This document shows positions 10,375 through 20,483 of a DNA stretch of 36,966 bases, one piece after another. The position numbers and the translations under genes were made by a program. The notes below the pieces were generated by a model, which worked only from the letters and a program-made list of their open reading frames with translations, was not told the origin of the DNA and ran no database searches. The DNA is from an uncultured Gemmatimonadales bacterium (GTDB lineage Bacteria; Gemmatimonadota; Gemmatimonadetes; Gemmatimonadales; GWC2-71-9): assembly GCA_963695555.1 (NCBI GenBank), contig CAVOGR010000010.1:1-36966 (forward strand), given 5' to 3'. The first letter of the stretch is position 1. Each line of letters opens with the position of its first letter.

Positions 10375-10730
10375 AGCGATCCTCGCGTCGTCCGCAGCAA
10401 ACGGCCGAGGCGATCCGCCAGATCGTCGCCGAGGCGCTGGCGAAAGACGTCCGTGACCCTCGGGTTCGAAGCGCGACGGTGACCGCCGTTCGGGTGTCGA
10501 ATGACGTGTCGCACGCGACGATCCTCGTGAGCGTCCCGGGTGATGAGGACGACAAGGCTCGCGCCCTGGCCGGCTTGGCGAGCGCGTCCGGCTTTCTGCG
10601 CTCGACCTTGGCGCGAACGCTGACCCGGCGCACGGTGCCGGAACTCCACTTCGACATCGATCGAGGGTTGGAGCACGCGGCGCGGATCGACCAGCTCCTG
10701 GGCGGGCTCCACACGGAGGATTCAGGCTGA
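10371..10730 (+). CDS. rbfA: Ribosome-binding factor A
   Basis: VRDPRV, VTAVRVSNDVSHA, ASGFLR and RTVPELHF motifs. Confidence 0.95.
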   Translation: MKRSSRRPQQTAEAIRQIVAEALAKDVRDPRVRSATVTAVRVSNDVSHATILVSVPGDEDDKARALAGLASASGFLRSTLARTLTRRTVPELHFDIDRGLEHAARIDQLLGGLHTEDSG

Positions 10731-10738
10731 TCGGAGCC

Positions 10739-11575
10739 TTGCTCCTCGACAAGCCCCGGGGCCTGACATCACACGATGTCGTCGCCCGCGTCAGACGGGT
10801 CTACCACACCCGGGCGGTGGGCCACACCGGCACGCTCGATCCGTTTGCCACCGGATTGCTCGTGGTCCTGCTGGGGCGGGCGACACGACTGGCCAGGTAT
10901 CTGTCGGGATTGCCCAAGACGTATCTCGCGACCGCGCGACTGGGCCAGGCCACCACGACCGACGACCTGACGGGGACGCCGATCGAACCACCGAAGGACC
11001 CGAGCGGAGTGACGGACCAGCAGGTGCGGACCGTCCTGGCCGGCCTGGCCGGTCAGCGACTGCAGCGTCCGCCGCCGTTCTCCGCCAAGCGGATCGCCGG
11101 TGAGCGGAGCTACCAGCGGGCGCGCCGCGGCGAAGCAGTCGAGCTCGAGCCGGTTGCGGTGACGATCCACGCGATCGCGCTGGTGGAGTACCGGAACCCC
11201 GACCTCACCTTCCGGACGACGGTGAGCGCGGGGACCTACGTCCGGGCGCTGGGCCGGGACGTGGGCGCCTTGCTGGGCACGGGGGCGCACCTGACCGCGC
11301 TCCGGCGCGAATCGATCGGGCCGCTCCGCCTCGCGGACGCCGTCGCGCTCGATCGGCTGACGCCGGAGACGCCGCTCCTGAGTCCGCTCGACGTGCTGCG
11401 GCACCTTCCTGCGGCCGAGCTCGATGCGACGGCCCGCGCGCGCGTGGCTCACGGGAACGCGGTCCGGCACCCCGGGCTGCCGGAGGGCGCGGTGGCCTTG
11501 GTGTCCGGGCAGACGCTCGTGGCCGTGGCGCAAACGAGTGGGGAGTGGGTCAAACCCGAGGTGGTGCTCGAGTGA
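10739..11575 (+). CDS. truB: tRNA pseudouridine(55) synthase
   Basis: DKPRGLTSHDVV, GHTGTLDPFATGLL and SAGTYVRALGRD motifs. Start approximate. Confidence 0.95.
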   Translation: MLLDKPRGLTSHDVVARVRRVYHTRAVGHTGTLDPFATGLLVVLLGRATRLARYLSGLPKTYLATARLGQATTTDDLTGTPIEPPKDPSGVTDQQVRTVLAGLAGQRLQRPPPFSAKRIAGERSYQRARRGEAVELEPVAVTIHAIALVEYRNPDLTFRTTVSAGTYVRALGRDVGALLGTGAHLTALRRESIGPLRLADAVALDRLTPETPLLSPLDVLRHLPAAELDATARARVAHGNAVRHPGLPEGAVALVSGQTLVAVAQTSGEWVKPEVVLE

Positions 11576-11577
11576 GG

Positions 11578-12525
11578 ATGCGTTCGATTCTCCCGCCGTT
11601 GCCGAATGGAAGCATCGTGACCGTCGGGTCGTTCGACGGTGTTCACTTGGGGCACCAAGCCGTGTTGCGGGAAATCGAGCGGCGGGCGGCAGCAGCGGCG
11701 CGGCCGAGCGTCTTGGTGACGTTCGAACCACATCCGCTCGAGGTCGTGAATCCGCGGGCGGCGCCGCAGGTGTTGACCACCGGCCCCGAGCGGCGGGAGA
11801 TTCTGGCGCAGACCGGGCTCGATTACGCCGTGTTCCTGCGGTTCGACCACCGGCTCGCCGAGCTCAGCCCGACGGAGTTCGTCCAGGAAATCCTGGTCGA
11901 GCGGTGTCAGATGAAGGAGTTGGTCATCGGGCACGATCACGGGTTCGGACGTGGGCGGACCGGCGACGTCGAGACGCTGCGCCGGCTCGGGGCGGCCGGC
12001 GGGTTCGTGGTGGACGTGATCGGGCCGGTCGAGAACGGGGGCCATCCGATCTCGAGTACCCAAATCCGGCGCGCGGTGGCTGGTGGCGACTTACGGACCG
12101 CGGCGCATTTGCTGGGACGGCCGTATCATGTGAGCGGTCGCATCGTGCGAGGAGTCGGCCGCGGCCGGACGATGAGCACCCCGACCGCCAACATCGGCGC
12201 CGTGCCCGCGCGCAAGCTCCTGCCCCCGGACGGTGTGTATGCAGTATGGGTGGAATGGCGGGGCGGGCGGTACGGCGCGATGATGAACCAGGGCACGCGC
12301 CCGACGTTCGCCGAGCACCTACGCCTCATGGAAGTGCATCTGTTCGACTTCGAGGGCGACCTGTACGACGAATGGATCAAGGTCGAATGGATCGAACGGC
12401 TGCGTGACATCAAACGGTTCGTGTCCGCGGCCGAACTGAAAGAGCAGTTGAATCTGGATCGCGAGCAGGCCCATGCCGTGCTCGCCGCGTCGAACCTTGG
12501 CGCGCGTCGCGTCCCACACGTGTGA
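11578..12525 (+). CDS. ribF: Bifunctional riboflavin kinase / FAD synthetase
   Basis: GSFDGVHLGHQ, TFEPHP, ISSTQIR, PTANI and EVHLFDF motifs. Confidence 0.95.
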   Translation: MRSILPPLPNGSIVTVGSFDGVHLGHQAVLREIERRAAAAARPSVLVTFEPHPLEVVNPRAAPQVLTTGPERREILAQTGLDYAVFLRFDHRLAELSPTEFVQEILVERCQMKELVIGHDHGFGRGRTGDVETLRRLGAAGGFVVDVIGPVENGGHPISSTQIRRAVAGGDLRTAAHLLGRPYHVSGRIVRGVGRGRTMSTPTANIGAVPARKLLPPDGVYAVWVEWRGGRYGAMMNQGTRPTFAEHLRLMEVHLFDFEGDLYDEWIKVEWIERLRDIKRFVSAAELKEQLNLDREQAHAVLAASNLGARRVPHV

Positions 12526-12534
12526 GTTAACTCG

Positions 12535-14181
12535 ATGGTTACTAGCCTCCGGAATCGGCTCATTGTGATCGGCATTATGGTTGCCATCAGCGCCTACAAC
12601 CTCCTTCCCCAGACGAAGGTCATTCGGGTACGCACCGAGTCGGGCGCCGTGGTCGACGACACGGTCAAGCGAATCCCGCCGAAGAAGGGACTCGACCTCC
12701 AGGGCGGCATGCACCTCGGCCTGGAGCTGGACCAGTCTACCCGCGTGTCGACCGACCCGGCGCGAGACCTCGACCTTGCGTTGACGGTCCTCCGCAAGCG
12801 GATCGATGAGTTCGGCGTGGAAGAGCCGGTCATCCAGAAAGTGGGCAACGACCGCATCGTGGTCGAGCTCGCCGGCATCGATAACCCGGCGCGCGCCAAG
12901 GCGATTGTGCAGAAGGCCGCGTTTCTGGAGTTCAAGATTACCGATGAGACCAACGCCCTGGAAAAGGCGCTCCCCGCGATGGACCGGGCGCTTCACGCGC
13001 TCGGCGTGACCGGGGCGGCCGGTGCCGCAGTCGCCCAGCCGTCGGCGGTCGAGCAGCTGCTCGGCGCCGATTCGGCGGCGGCCGGCGCGCAGGACTCCAC
13101 CCCGGTTACCGGCGGCGTGCTGAGTTCGCTCGTCTTGCCGACCGGCGGTGCGGGCGTCTCGGCGACGCCGGGCGAGTACATGGTCTCGGAGACGGCCTAT
13201 CCCAGAGTCGATAGCCTGTTCCGATTGCCCGAGGTGAGCCGGCTCTTTCCTCGGGGCCTGGAATACCGCTGGGGCGCCGAGCCGACCAGCGTCGGGGTGC
13301 AATCGTATCGTTTCCTGTATGTGGTCGATAAGGACCCGATCATCACCGGTGAGCGCCTGGTGGATGCCCAGGCCGGGGTCGATCAGCTGACGCAAGGCGC
13401 CATCGTCACCTTCCAGCTGGACCGGCGCGGCGGGCGACTGTTCGGCCGCCAGACCCAGGCACACATCGGCGACTTCATGGCGATCATCCTGGATGGCCGG
13501 GTGCAAGGCCGCCCGCCCGTCATTCAGGGCCGGATCGACCGGCAGGGACAGATCACCCTCGGCAACAAGACCATCCAGGAGGCCCGGGACCTCGCCCTGA
13601 CACTCAAGGCCGGCGCGCTGCCGGTGCCGCTCAAGATCGTCGAGGAGCGGCAGGTCGGCGCCAGCCTGGGCCAGGACGCCATCAGGGCCGGCATCGTTGC
13701 CGGCCTCGTGGGCACGACATTCGTCATTCTGATCATGATTAGCTATTACCGCTGGGCCGGTGTCCTGGCCATCTTCGCGCTTGGCTTCTACATCCTGTTC
13801 ACCATGGGCGGGCTGTCCATGTTCGATGCGACCTTGACGCTCCCTGGCCTTGCGGGACTGGTGCTGTCCATCGGCATTGCCGTGGATGCAAACGTGCTCA
13901 TCTTCGAGCGCATTCGAGAGGAACTGGCGGTGGGCAAGACTGTGAGCCTCGCCGTCGATGAGGGCTTCGGTAACGCGATGAGCGCCATCATCGATTCCAA
14001 TGTCAGCACCGTGCTGACAGCCCTCTTCCTCTTCCAGTTCGGTACCGGGCCGGTTCGGGGCTTCGCCGTGACGCTGACGGTCGGTGTTATCGCGTCGATG
14101 ATCACGGCCATCTTCGTCACGCGCACCTTCTTCATGGTCTGGCTCCATCGGAAGCCGGCCATGACCACGTTGAGCATCTGA
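12535..14181 (+). CDS. secD: Protein translocase subunit SecD
   Basis: GLDLQGG, RIDEFGVEEP, LKAGALP and GIAVDANVLIFERIREE motifs. Confidence 0.97.
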   Translation: MVTSLRNRLIVIGIMVAISAYNLLPQTKVIRVRTESGAVVDDTVKRIPPKKGLDLQGGMHLGLELDQSTRVSTDPARDLDLALTVLRKRIDEFGVEEPVIQKVGNDRIVVELAGIDNPARAKAIVQKAAFLEFKITDETNALEKALPAMDRALHALGVTGAAGAAVAQPSAVEQLLGADSAAAGAQDSTPVTGGVLSSLVLPTGGAGVSATPGEYMVSETAYPRVDSLFRLPEVSRLFPRGLEYRWGAEPTSVGVQSYRFLYVVDKDPIITGERLVDAQAGVDQLTQGAIVTFQLDRRGGRLFGRQTQAHIGDFMAIILDGRVQGRPPVIQGRIDRQGQITLGNKTIQEARDLALTLKAGALPVPLKIVEERQVGASLGQDAIRAGIVAGLVGTTFVILIMISYYRWAGVLAIFALGFYILFTMGGLSMFDATLTLPGLAGLVLSIGIAVDANVLIFERIREELAVGKTVSLAVDEGFGNAMSAIIDSNVSTVLTALFLFQFGTGPVRGFAVTLTVGVIASMITAIFVTRTFFMVWLHRKPAMTTLSI

Positions 14182-14183
14182 CT

Positions 14184-15155
14184 ATGAGATTCTTCGCCGA
14201 CGCGAAATACGATTTCCTGAGCAAGCGCCGCTTTGCGTTTGTGCTGCTGGGCGCGTTCATCATTCCAGGCCTGATCATCTCCGTGTTCCGCGGCGTGAAT
14301 TACAGTGTCGAGTTTACCGGCGGAACCCTGGTCCAAATCAAGACGGTTGCCCCGGTCGAAGTAGGGGTTCTGCGCCAGCGGCTCGACGAGTTCGGCGTCA
14401 CGGGAGCGGAAATTCAATCCTTCGGCTCGAACCGGGAATTCAACATCCGGGCGCGGGTTGCGGTGGCTGGGACGGACGCGGATGACACGGAGGCTACGGG
14501 CGCCGCGGTGGCCCGGGCCCTGGATGCCGCGATCGGAGCCGGGCAATACATCATCGAACGCACCGAAGCGGTCGGCCCGAAGGTGGGCGGCGAGCTGCGC
14601 CAGAAGGCCGTCATGGCCATCCTGTTGTCGTTCGTCGCCGTACTGCTGTACCTCTGGTACCGATTCGAGTGGCGGTTCGGAGCGGCCGCCGTCCTGGCGA
14701 CGGCCCACGACATCCTGGCCATCATTGCATTCATCGGCGCGTTTCGCATCGAGGTGAGCCTCTTCGTCGTGGCCGCCTTGCTCAGCACGGTCGGGTACTC
14801 GTTGAACGACACCATCGTCATCTTCGACCGCGTGCGAGAGAACCTGCGGAAGTCGAAGCGGGAAGATTTCATCCGGATCCTGAACCGATCGATCAACGAG
14901 ACCCTGCCGCGTACCATCTTGACTGGAGGTACCTCGCTCGGCGCGCTGATCGCCTTGGCCGTCTTTGGCGGGGCGGTGGTGCGGCCGTTCGCTGTGATCA
15001 TGACCTTCGGGGTCATCGTTGGGACCTATTCGTCCATCTTCATTGCCTCGCCCCTCTTGCTCTGGATCGAGCGGCGCTGGCCCGGCGCCGACATCCGAGG
15101 GGTGAAGGGGACAGCCAAGAAGCAGCTCGCCGGGAAGCCCCAACCCGTCGCCTGA
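14184..15155 (+). CDS. secF: Protein translocase subunit SecF
   Basis: EFTGG, VGPKVGGEL, GYSLNDTIVIFDRVREN and GTYSSIFIA motifs. Confidence 0.97.
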   Translation: MRFFADAKYDFLSKRRFAFVLLGAFIIPGLIISVFRGVNYSVEFTGGTLVQIKTVAPVEVGVLRQRLDEFGVTGAEIQSFGSNREFNIRARVAVAGTDADDTEATGAAVARALDAAIGAGQYIIERTEAVGPKVGGELRQKAVMAILLSFVAVLLYLWYRFEWRFGAAAVLATAHDILAIIAFIGAFRIEVSLFVVAALLSTVGYSLNDTIVIFDRVRENLRKSKREDFIRILNRSINETLPRTILTGGTSLGALIALAVFGGAVVRPFAVIMTFGVIVGTYSSIFIASPLLLWIERRWPGADIRGVKGTAKKQLAGKPQPVA

Positions 15156-15158
15156 TCC

Positions 15159-15980
15159 GTGCTGGTCGATTCGCACTGCCACGTGGCCGATGAGGCCTTC
15201 GCGCCCGACCGCGCCGCCGTGCTCGACCGGGCCTGGCAGGCCGAGGTGGCTCACCTCATCGTCATCGGCGATACGCGCGACGCTGTCGCCCTCGGCTGCG
15301 CCCTCGCGGACGCGGACCCCCGAGTGTCGGTCACCGCCGGCGTGCATCCGCACAACGCCTCGGGCTGGAACAGGGACGCCGACGCTTGGCTCCGCGATCA
15401 ACTGCGGGACCCTCGCGTGGTGGCGGCCGGAGAGATCGGACTGGATTATCATTACGATCACTCACCCCGCGATGTGCAGCGTCGGGCGTTCGATGCACAA
15501 CTCGCCATCGCCGGCGAACTCGGGCTGCCCGTGGTGGTGCATGCGCGCGAGGCCGATGACGACGTCGCCGCCATCCTCGGGAATCATCCCCGGGTGGTCG
15601 CGATTCTCCATTCCTTTAGCAGCGGCATGACGCTCCTCGAGGCCGGGCTCGAACTTCGGCACTATGTCTCATTTAGCGGTATGGTCACCTTTGCCAATTG
15701 GCGGCTCGATGACGCCGTGCGCGAGACACCGCTGGATCGGCTCCTGGTCGAAACCGACGCGCCGTATCTGGCGCCGGTTCCGCATCGGGGCAAACGAAAC
15801 GAGCCGGCCTTCGTCCGTCAGGTTGCCGACCGCGTTGCGCACGTGCGCGGCCTGACTCCGCCCGAGTTGATTGCGGCTACCGGCGACAACGCGCGGCGCG
15901 TGTTCGGTACCAGGCTTGCGCGACCAACTGAAGCCAACTCCATTCCCTCGACCACCCATCACCTGCCTAGGAGCACCTGA
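15159..15980 (+). CDS. tatD: TatD family DNase
   Basis: DSHCH, GVHPH, GEIGLDY, HAREA and ETDAPYLAP motifs. Confidence 0.93.
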   Translation: MLVDSHCHVADEAFAPDRAAVLDRAWQAEVAHLIVIGDTRDAVALGCALADADPRVSVTAGVHPHNASGWNRDADAWLRDQLRDPRVVAAGEIGLDYHYDHSPRDVQRRAFDAQLAIAGELGLPVVVHAREADDDVAAILGNHPRVVAILHSFSSGMTLLEAGLELRHYVSFSGMVTFANWRLDDAVRETPLDRLLVETDAPYLAPVPHRGKRNEPAFVRQVADRVAHVRGLTPPELIAATGDNARRVFGTRLARPTEANSIPSTTHHLPRST

Positions 15981-15983
15981 CCG

Positions 15984-17657
15984 GTGACGAAAGTACCCAC
16001 TGACATCGCGATCGCCCAAGCCGCCACCCTGCGTCCCATCGCGGAGGTGGCCGCCGAAGTCGGCCTTGGGCCGGACGACATCCTGCCCTATGGGCGCCAC
16101 AAGGCGAAGATCAGTCCGGAGGCCATCGCGGAGCGGACGCCGTCCGGTCGGCTGGTGCTCGTCACCGGCATCAGTCCGACGCCGGCCGGAGAAGGGAAGT
16201 CCACCGTGACGGTGGGGGTCGCGCAGGCGCTCCGCCGGCTCGGCACCAAGGTCATGGTGTGCTTGCGGGAGCCGTCGCTCGGCCCGGTGTTCGGCATCAA
16301 GGGCGGGGCCGCGGGCGGAGGCTACGCGCAAGTCGTCCCGATGGACGAAATCAACCTCCACTTTACCGGCGACTTCCACGCCATCGCATCCGCCAACAAT
16401 CTTCTCTCGGCGATGCTCGATAACCACGTCCACCAGGGCAACGCGTTGGGTATCGATCCACGACGCATCACCTGGCCCCGCACCATGGACATGAACGACC
16501 GGGCGCTCCGGCACATCGTCGTGGGCCTGGGCGGCTTGAACGGCGGCATCGCGCGCGAAGAACATTTCGTTATCGTCCCGGCGAGCGAGGTCATGGCGAT
16601 TCTCTGCCTGGCCACCGACCTGGCCGATCTCGAAGCCCGGCTAGGTCGGATCATCGTCGGATTCACCCGCGACCGCATGCCCGTGACCGCGAGCGATCTC
16701 AAGGCGTCCGGCGCGATGACCCTGCTCTTGAAGGATGCCATCCTGCCGAACTTGGTCCAGACGCTCGAGGGTGGACCGGCCTTGGTGCACGGCGGGCCGT
16801 TCGCCAACATCGCCCACGGCTGCAACTCGATCGCGGCCACGCGACTCGGGTTGTCCCTGGCCGACGTGGTGCTGACCGAGGCAGGCTTCGGCGCTGATCT
16901 GGGAGCCGAGAAGTTCTTCGACATCAAGTGCCGGGCCGGGGGGTTGAACCCGGAAGCCGCCGTGATCGTGGCGACCGTGCGCGCCCTCAAGATGCATGGT
17001 GGTGTGGCCAAGGACGCCCTGACGACGCCCGACGTGGCCGCCGTTCGGCGGGGCCTGGCCAACCTCCAGGCTCACATCGCAAACGTCAAACAGTTCGGAG
17101 TCCCGGTCATCGTGGCACTGAACCGTTTTCTCTCGGACTCGAAAGACGAGTTGGATACCGTGCTCAATGCTGCCCGCGCGACGGGTGCCCGCGCGGCCTT
17201 GAGCGATGTCTGGGCCCAGGGCGGGGAAGGCGGCGAGGCCGTGGCGCAGGAAATCCTCGCCACCCTCGAGGAGGGCGAGGCCCAATTCCGCCCCATCTAC
17301 GACACCGAGCTTCCCATCACCCGGAAGATCGAGACGATCGCGACCCGGATCTACGGCGCGGACGGGGTCGACTTCACGAGTAAAGCCAGCAGCGCCATTC
17401 GCCAGTTGGAGGCCATCGGGATGGGCGGAACCCCGGTCTGCATGGCGAAGACCCAGTATTCCTTTACCGACGACCCGACCGTTCTCGGCCGCCCCACTGG
17501 ATTCCGCATCACCATCCGCGATGTCTACGCGTCGGCCGGTGCCGGCTTCGTGGTGGCCCTCGCCGGCGACATCATGACCATGCCGGGACTCAGCAAGGTG
17601 CCGTCGGCCGAAGCCATCCGCATCCATCAGGACGGGCGCATCGAGGGGCTCTTCTAG
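15984..17657 (+). CDS. fhs: Formate--tetrahydrofolate ligase
   Basis: PTPAGEGKST, GGAAGGGYAQV, HGGPFANIAHG and IMTMPGL motifs; 557 aa. Confidence 0.97.
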   Translation: MTKVPTDIAIAQAATLRPIAEVAAEVGLGPDDILPYGRHKAKISPEAIAERTPSGRLVLVTGISPTPAGEGKSTVTVGVAQALRRLGTKVMVCLREPSLGPVFGIKGGAAGGGYAQVVPMDEINLHFTGDFHAIASANNLLSAMLDNHVHQGNALGIDPRRITWPRTMDMNDRALRHIVVGLGGLNGGIAREEHFVIVPASEVMAILCLATDLADLEARLGRIIVGFTRDRMPVTASDLKASGAMTLLLKDAILPNLVQTLEGGPALVHGGPFANIAHGCNSIAATRLGLSLADVVLTEAGFGADLGAEKFFDIKCRAGGLNPEAAVIVATVRALKMHGGVAKDALTTPDVAAVRRGLANLQAHIANVKQFGVPVIVALNRFLSDSKDELDTVLNAARATGARAALSDVWAQGGEGGEAVAQEILATLEEGEAQFRPIYDTELPITRKIETIATRIYGADGVDFTSKASSAIRQLEAIGMGGTPVCMAKTQYSFTDDPTVLGRPTGFRITIRDVYASAGAGFVVALAGDIMTMPGLSKVPSAEAIRIHQDGRIEGLF

Positions 17658-17666
17658 GAGGCGTAC

Positions 17667-18059
17667 ATGCCGATCGAGTTCGTGCGGACCCCCGACGCGC
17701 CCGGCGCGATCGGGCCCTACAGCCAGGGGACCATGGCGGACGGCCACGTATACACCGCCGGACAGATTGCGCTCGATCCGGCGAGCGGTCAGGTGGTGGA
17801 GGGAGGGGTGCAGGCCGAAACCGAACAGGTACTGCGGAACCTCGCGGCGATCTTGCGAGCCGCAGGATCCGATCTCTCGCAGGTGGTGAAGACCACCGTG
17901 TATCTTGTGGACATGAGCGATTTCCCGGCCATGAACGAGGTGTACGCCAAGGCCTTCGGCGAGCACCGGCCGGCCCGCTCCACCGTGGCCGTGTCCGCGC
18001 TGCCCAAAGGGGTTCGGGTCGAGATCGACGCCATTGCCCGAACCAGGGCAAGCCGGTAG
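17667..18059 (+). CDS. ridA: RidA/YjgF reactive-intermediate deaminase
   Basis: APGAIGPYSQ, GQIALDP, MNEVY and PARSTV...LPKGVRVEID motifs; AGGAGG RBS. Confidence 0.93.
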   Translation: MPIEFVRTPDAPGAIGPYSQGTMADGHVYTAGQIALDPASGQVVEGGVQAETEQVLRNLAAILRAAGSDLSQVVKTTVYLVDMSDFPAMNEVYAKAFGEHRPARSTVAVSALPKGVRVEIDAIARTRASR

Positions 18060-18081
18060 CTGGGCGGTTCCGCGCATGCCC

Positions 18082-18179
18082 GGGGGCGGATCGGGCCTGG
18101 TGGCTCGGCCGGTCTTCAAAACCGTGTAGGAGACGCCCTCGGCGGCTCCGGTGGGTTCGATTCCCACACGCTCCCGCCA
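18082..18179 (+). tRNA. selC: tRNA-Sec (anticodon UCA)
   Basis: 98 nt long. 6-bp D stem CGGGCC/GGCTCG with TGGT loop, loop CTTCAAA (TCA at 18116-18118), long variable arm, T arm GTGGG-TTCGATT-CCCAC, 3' GCCA. Confidence 0.93.
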
Positions 18180-18199
18180 CCCCTCTACCGACTGAGCGG

Positions 18200-18709
18200 A
18201 TGCCTCAACGCGCGACGTCTTTCCTCTTGATAGCGGGACTCCTGGCGGGGTTCGGCGCATCGTCCGGACTCGCCGCACAGGACGTCCCACCGGCCGTGCC
18301 GTCCGCAGACAGCGTAGCCCCGGCGAACGCGGTCGCGGACACCACGGGCAGGCGCCAGGTGTCACCCATGGGTGCGTTCCTCCGTTCGCTCGCTCTTCCG
18401 GGCTGGGGTCAGGCCAAGCTGGACCGGAAGCTGACCGGTGGGGTCTTCATCGCGTGGGAGGGTGTCACCCTGGCCATGAGCATCAAGGCCAATCACGAAC
18501 TGGGCTACTTGCGGCGCATCAACTCGAGCCGAGTCGAGGCGAAGAAACAGGAGCGTGAGGACTGGCTGATCCTGCTCGCCTTCAACCACCTGTTCGCGGG
18601 GCTCGAGGCCTACGTGTCGGCCCACCTATGGGATTTCCCCGGGGACATCAAGGTTCGGGCGTTGCCCGACGGCTCGGTGTCGGCCGGGTTCTCGATTCCG
18701 CTCAGGTGA
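18200..18709 (+). CDS. Exported/membrane hypothetical protein (DUF5683-like)
   Basis: Signal peptide, SPMGAFLRSLALPGWGQ and EAYVSAHLWDF motifs. Confidence 0.7.
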   Translation: MPQRATSFLLIAGLLAGFGASSGLAAQDVPPAVPSADSVAPANAVADTTGRRQVSPMGAFLRSLALPGWGQAKLDRKLTGGVFIAWEGVTLAMSIKANHELGYLRRINSSRVEAKKQEREDWLILLAFNHLFAGLEAYVSAHLWDFPGDIKVRALPDGSVSAGFSIPLR

Positions 18710-18713
18710 CGCC

Positions 18714-19514
18714 GTGAACGACACCCCCATCGGAATCTTCGACTCAGGTATCGGCGGACTGACCGTAGCGCACGCCCTGTTCGAGTGCGTTCCCGACGAG
18801 TCGACCATTTACTTCGGCGACACGGCCCGGGTGCCGTACGGACCGAAATCGCCGGCCACGGTGCGGCGCTACAGTCTCGAAATTCTGGACTGGCTGCTGG
18901 GCCAGAAGGTGAAGGCCGTCGTCGTGGCCTGTAACACCAGTTCCGCCCACGCCCTCGAGGCACTGCAACACCTGAGCCGGGTGCCGGTCATCGGCGTCAT
19001 CGAGCCCGGCGCACGGGCAGCCCTCGAGGCCACCCGGGGTGGGCCGATCGGTGTCATCGGGACGGCCGGCACCGTTGCCAGCGGAGCCTACCCGCGCGCC
19101 ATCCGGAACATCGACCCCGCGGCCAAGGTTACCCAGGTGGCCTGCCCGCTCTTTGTGCCGCTGGTGGAGGAGGGGTGGTTCAACCATCCGGCGGCGGAGT
19201 TGATCGCCACAGAGTATCTCCGGCCGTTGATGACAGCGGGCATCGATACCCTGGTATTGGGCTGCACCCACTATCCGCTCCTCAAGCCGCTCCTCTCCCG
19301 GGTGCTTGGCGACGAGGTGGTCTTGATCGACAGCGCCGACGAGACGGCCCGTACTGTCAGGACCATGCTGGCGGACCTCGGTCTCGAGGCGAGCCCGAAG
19401 AGCCGCGCGGATCACCGGTTTGTGGTCAGTGATGATGAACAGCGATTTCTCGACGTGGGGTCCCGCTTCGTGGGTGAGCGGCTCACCCATGTGGAGGTGG
19501 TAACGCTGGGCTGA
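18714..19514 (+). CDS. murI: Glutamate racemase
   Basis: FDSGIGGLTV, PYGPKS, ACNTSS and LGCTHYP motifs. Confidence 0.97.
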   Translation: MNDTPIGIFDSGIGGLTVAHALFECVPDESTIYFGDTARVPYGPKSPATVRRYSLEILDWLLGQKVKAVVVACNTSSAHALEALQHLSRVPVIGVIEPGARAALEATRGGPIGVIGTAGTVASGAYPRAIRNIDPAAKVTQVACPLFVPLVEEGWFNHPAAELIATEYLRPLMTAGIDTLVLGCTHYPLLKPLLSRVLGDEVVLIDSADETARTVRTMLADLGLEASPKSRADHRFVVSDDEQRFLDVGSRFVGERLTHVEVVTLG

Positions 19515-19530
19515 TGTCGGGGCTCGGCTT

Positions 19531-20262
19531 CTACGGGGCGAAGTGGCTCAGGGTCGCTCCGGTTTCGGTTGCAACCGCATACCGGAACCCCTCCATCCAG
19601 GCACCCGGATTGAGGTACTGCCTGCCGGCGCCCACGTCGATCAGGGCGGGCCGGTGGGTGTGCCCCATCACGACCAGCCCGAGCGTCGGTTCCTCCGCCA
19701 GCTTCCCTTCGGCCCAGGCTTGCTGCTTGGCCGCCGCGGCCTCGAGCACGCTTGGCTCGCGGGTGGAGTATCCCAGGCCCCGGCTCATCTTATCGACCAG
19801 CCAGAAGCCCCAGTCGGGGTGCATCGCCTTCCACAGGGCAATGGTCAGACGATTGCGGGTGAGATGATGCATCCACTCGGCCGACCAATACTGCTCGGTC
19901 AGCCCGTCGCCGTGCACGGCCAGGACCGCTCGGCCTCCGATCGCGAAGCGCGTTTCGACGGGATGGAACGCGATACCTAAGTCCTTCTGCCAGAAGTCCC
20001 CGCCCCAGCGGTCGTGGTTTCCGCCGATCATGACCACGGGGATGCGCCGCCGGACCTGGCCGAGTGCTGCGGCCACATGGAAGCCCCGGCGGGGGATGAC
20101 CCGCCGGTAGCTGAACCAGAAATCGAATAGGTCGCCATTGACCAGCAGGCAGTCTCCGAGCGTCGGCACCGTCTCGAGGAACGCCAGGAGCGCCTCCTCG
20201 ACTTCGGGCCCGACTGCCCCCAGATGGGCATCGGCGAGCACCACGAGCTGTTGACCGAGCAC
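19531..20262 (-). CDS. lpxH: UDP-2,3-diacylglucosamine diphosphatase (LpxH-like metallophosphoesterase)
   Basis: DAHLG, GDLFDFWF, GNHD, HGDG, GHTH and NPGAW motifs. GTG start chosen just before the first motif. Confidence 0.8.
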   Translation of the reverse strand: MLGQQLVVLADAHLGAVGPEVEEALLAFLETVPTLGDCLLVNGDLFDFWFSYRRVIPRRGFHVAAALGQVRRRIPVVMIGGNHDRWGGDFWQKDLGIAFHPVETRFAIGGRAVLAVHGDGLTEQYWSAEWMHHLTRNRLTIALWKAMHPDWGFWLVDKMSRGLGYSTREPSVLEAAAAKQQAWAEGKLAEEPTLGLVVMGHTHRPALIDVGAGRQYLNPGAWMEGFRYAVATETGATLSHFAP

Positions 20263-20483
20263 GGGGCGAAGATACCGGACTCGAGGGATAGGGTGCAAGC
20301 GCTTGCCTTGTTTGACTTTCCGCCGTTGGCTGGCCAGACTTCGACCGATTCCGCTCGCGGCCTGTCCGAGGCCACGAACCCCCGGGCCCGGCCTGTCATC
20401 CGACCCAAACCCGTCTACCCAGGAGCAGGTGTGGCTCCAACCCTCCCCCGGCACGTCACCATGCTGGTCCAGGGTCCACGCGC

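Noticed and set aside
5531..18365. Long antisense ORFs (5531-7309, 12319-14148, 13788-15461, 16641-18365)
   Set aside because: They are shadow frames opposite well-supported genes, as expected in high-GC DNA.
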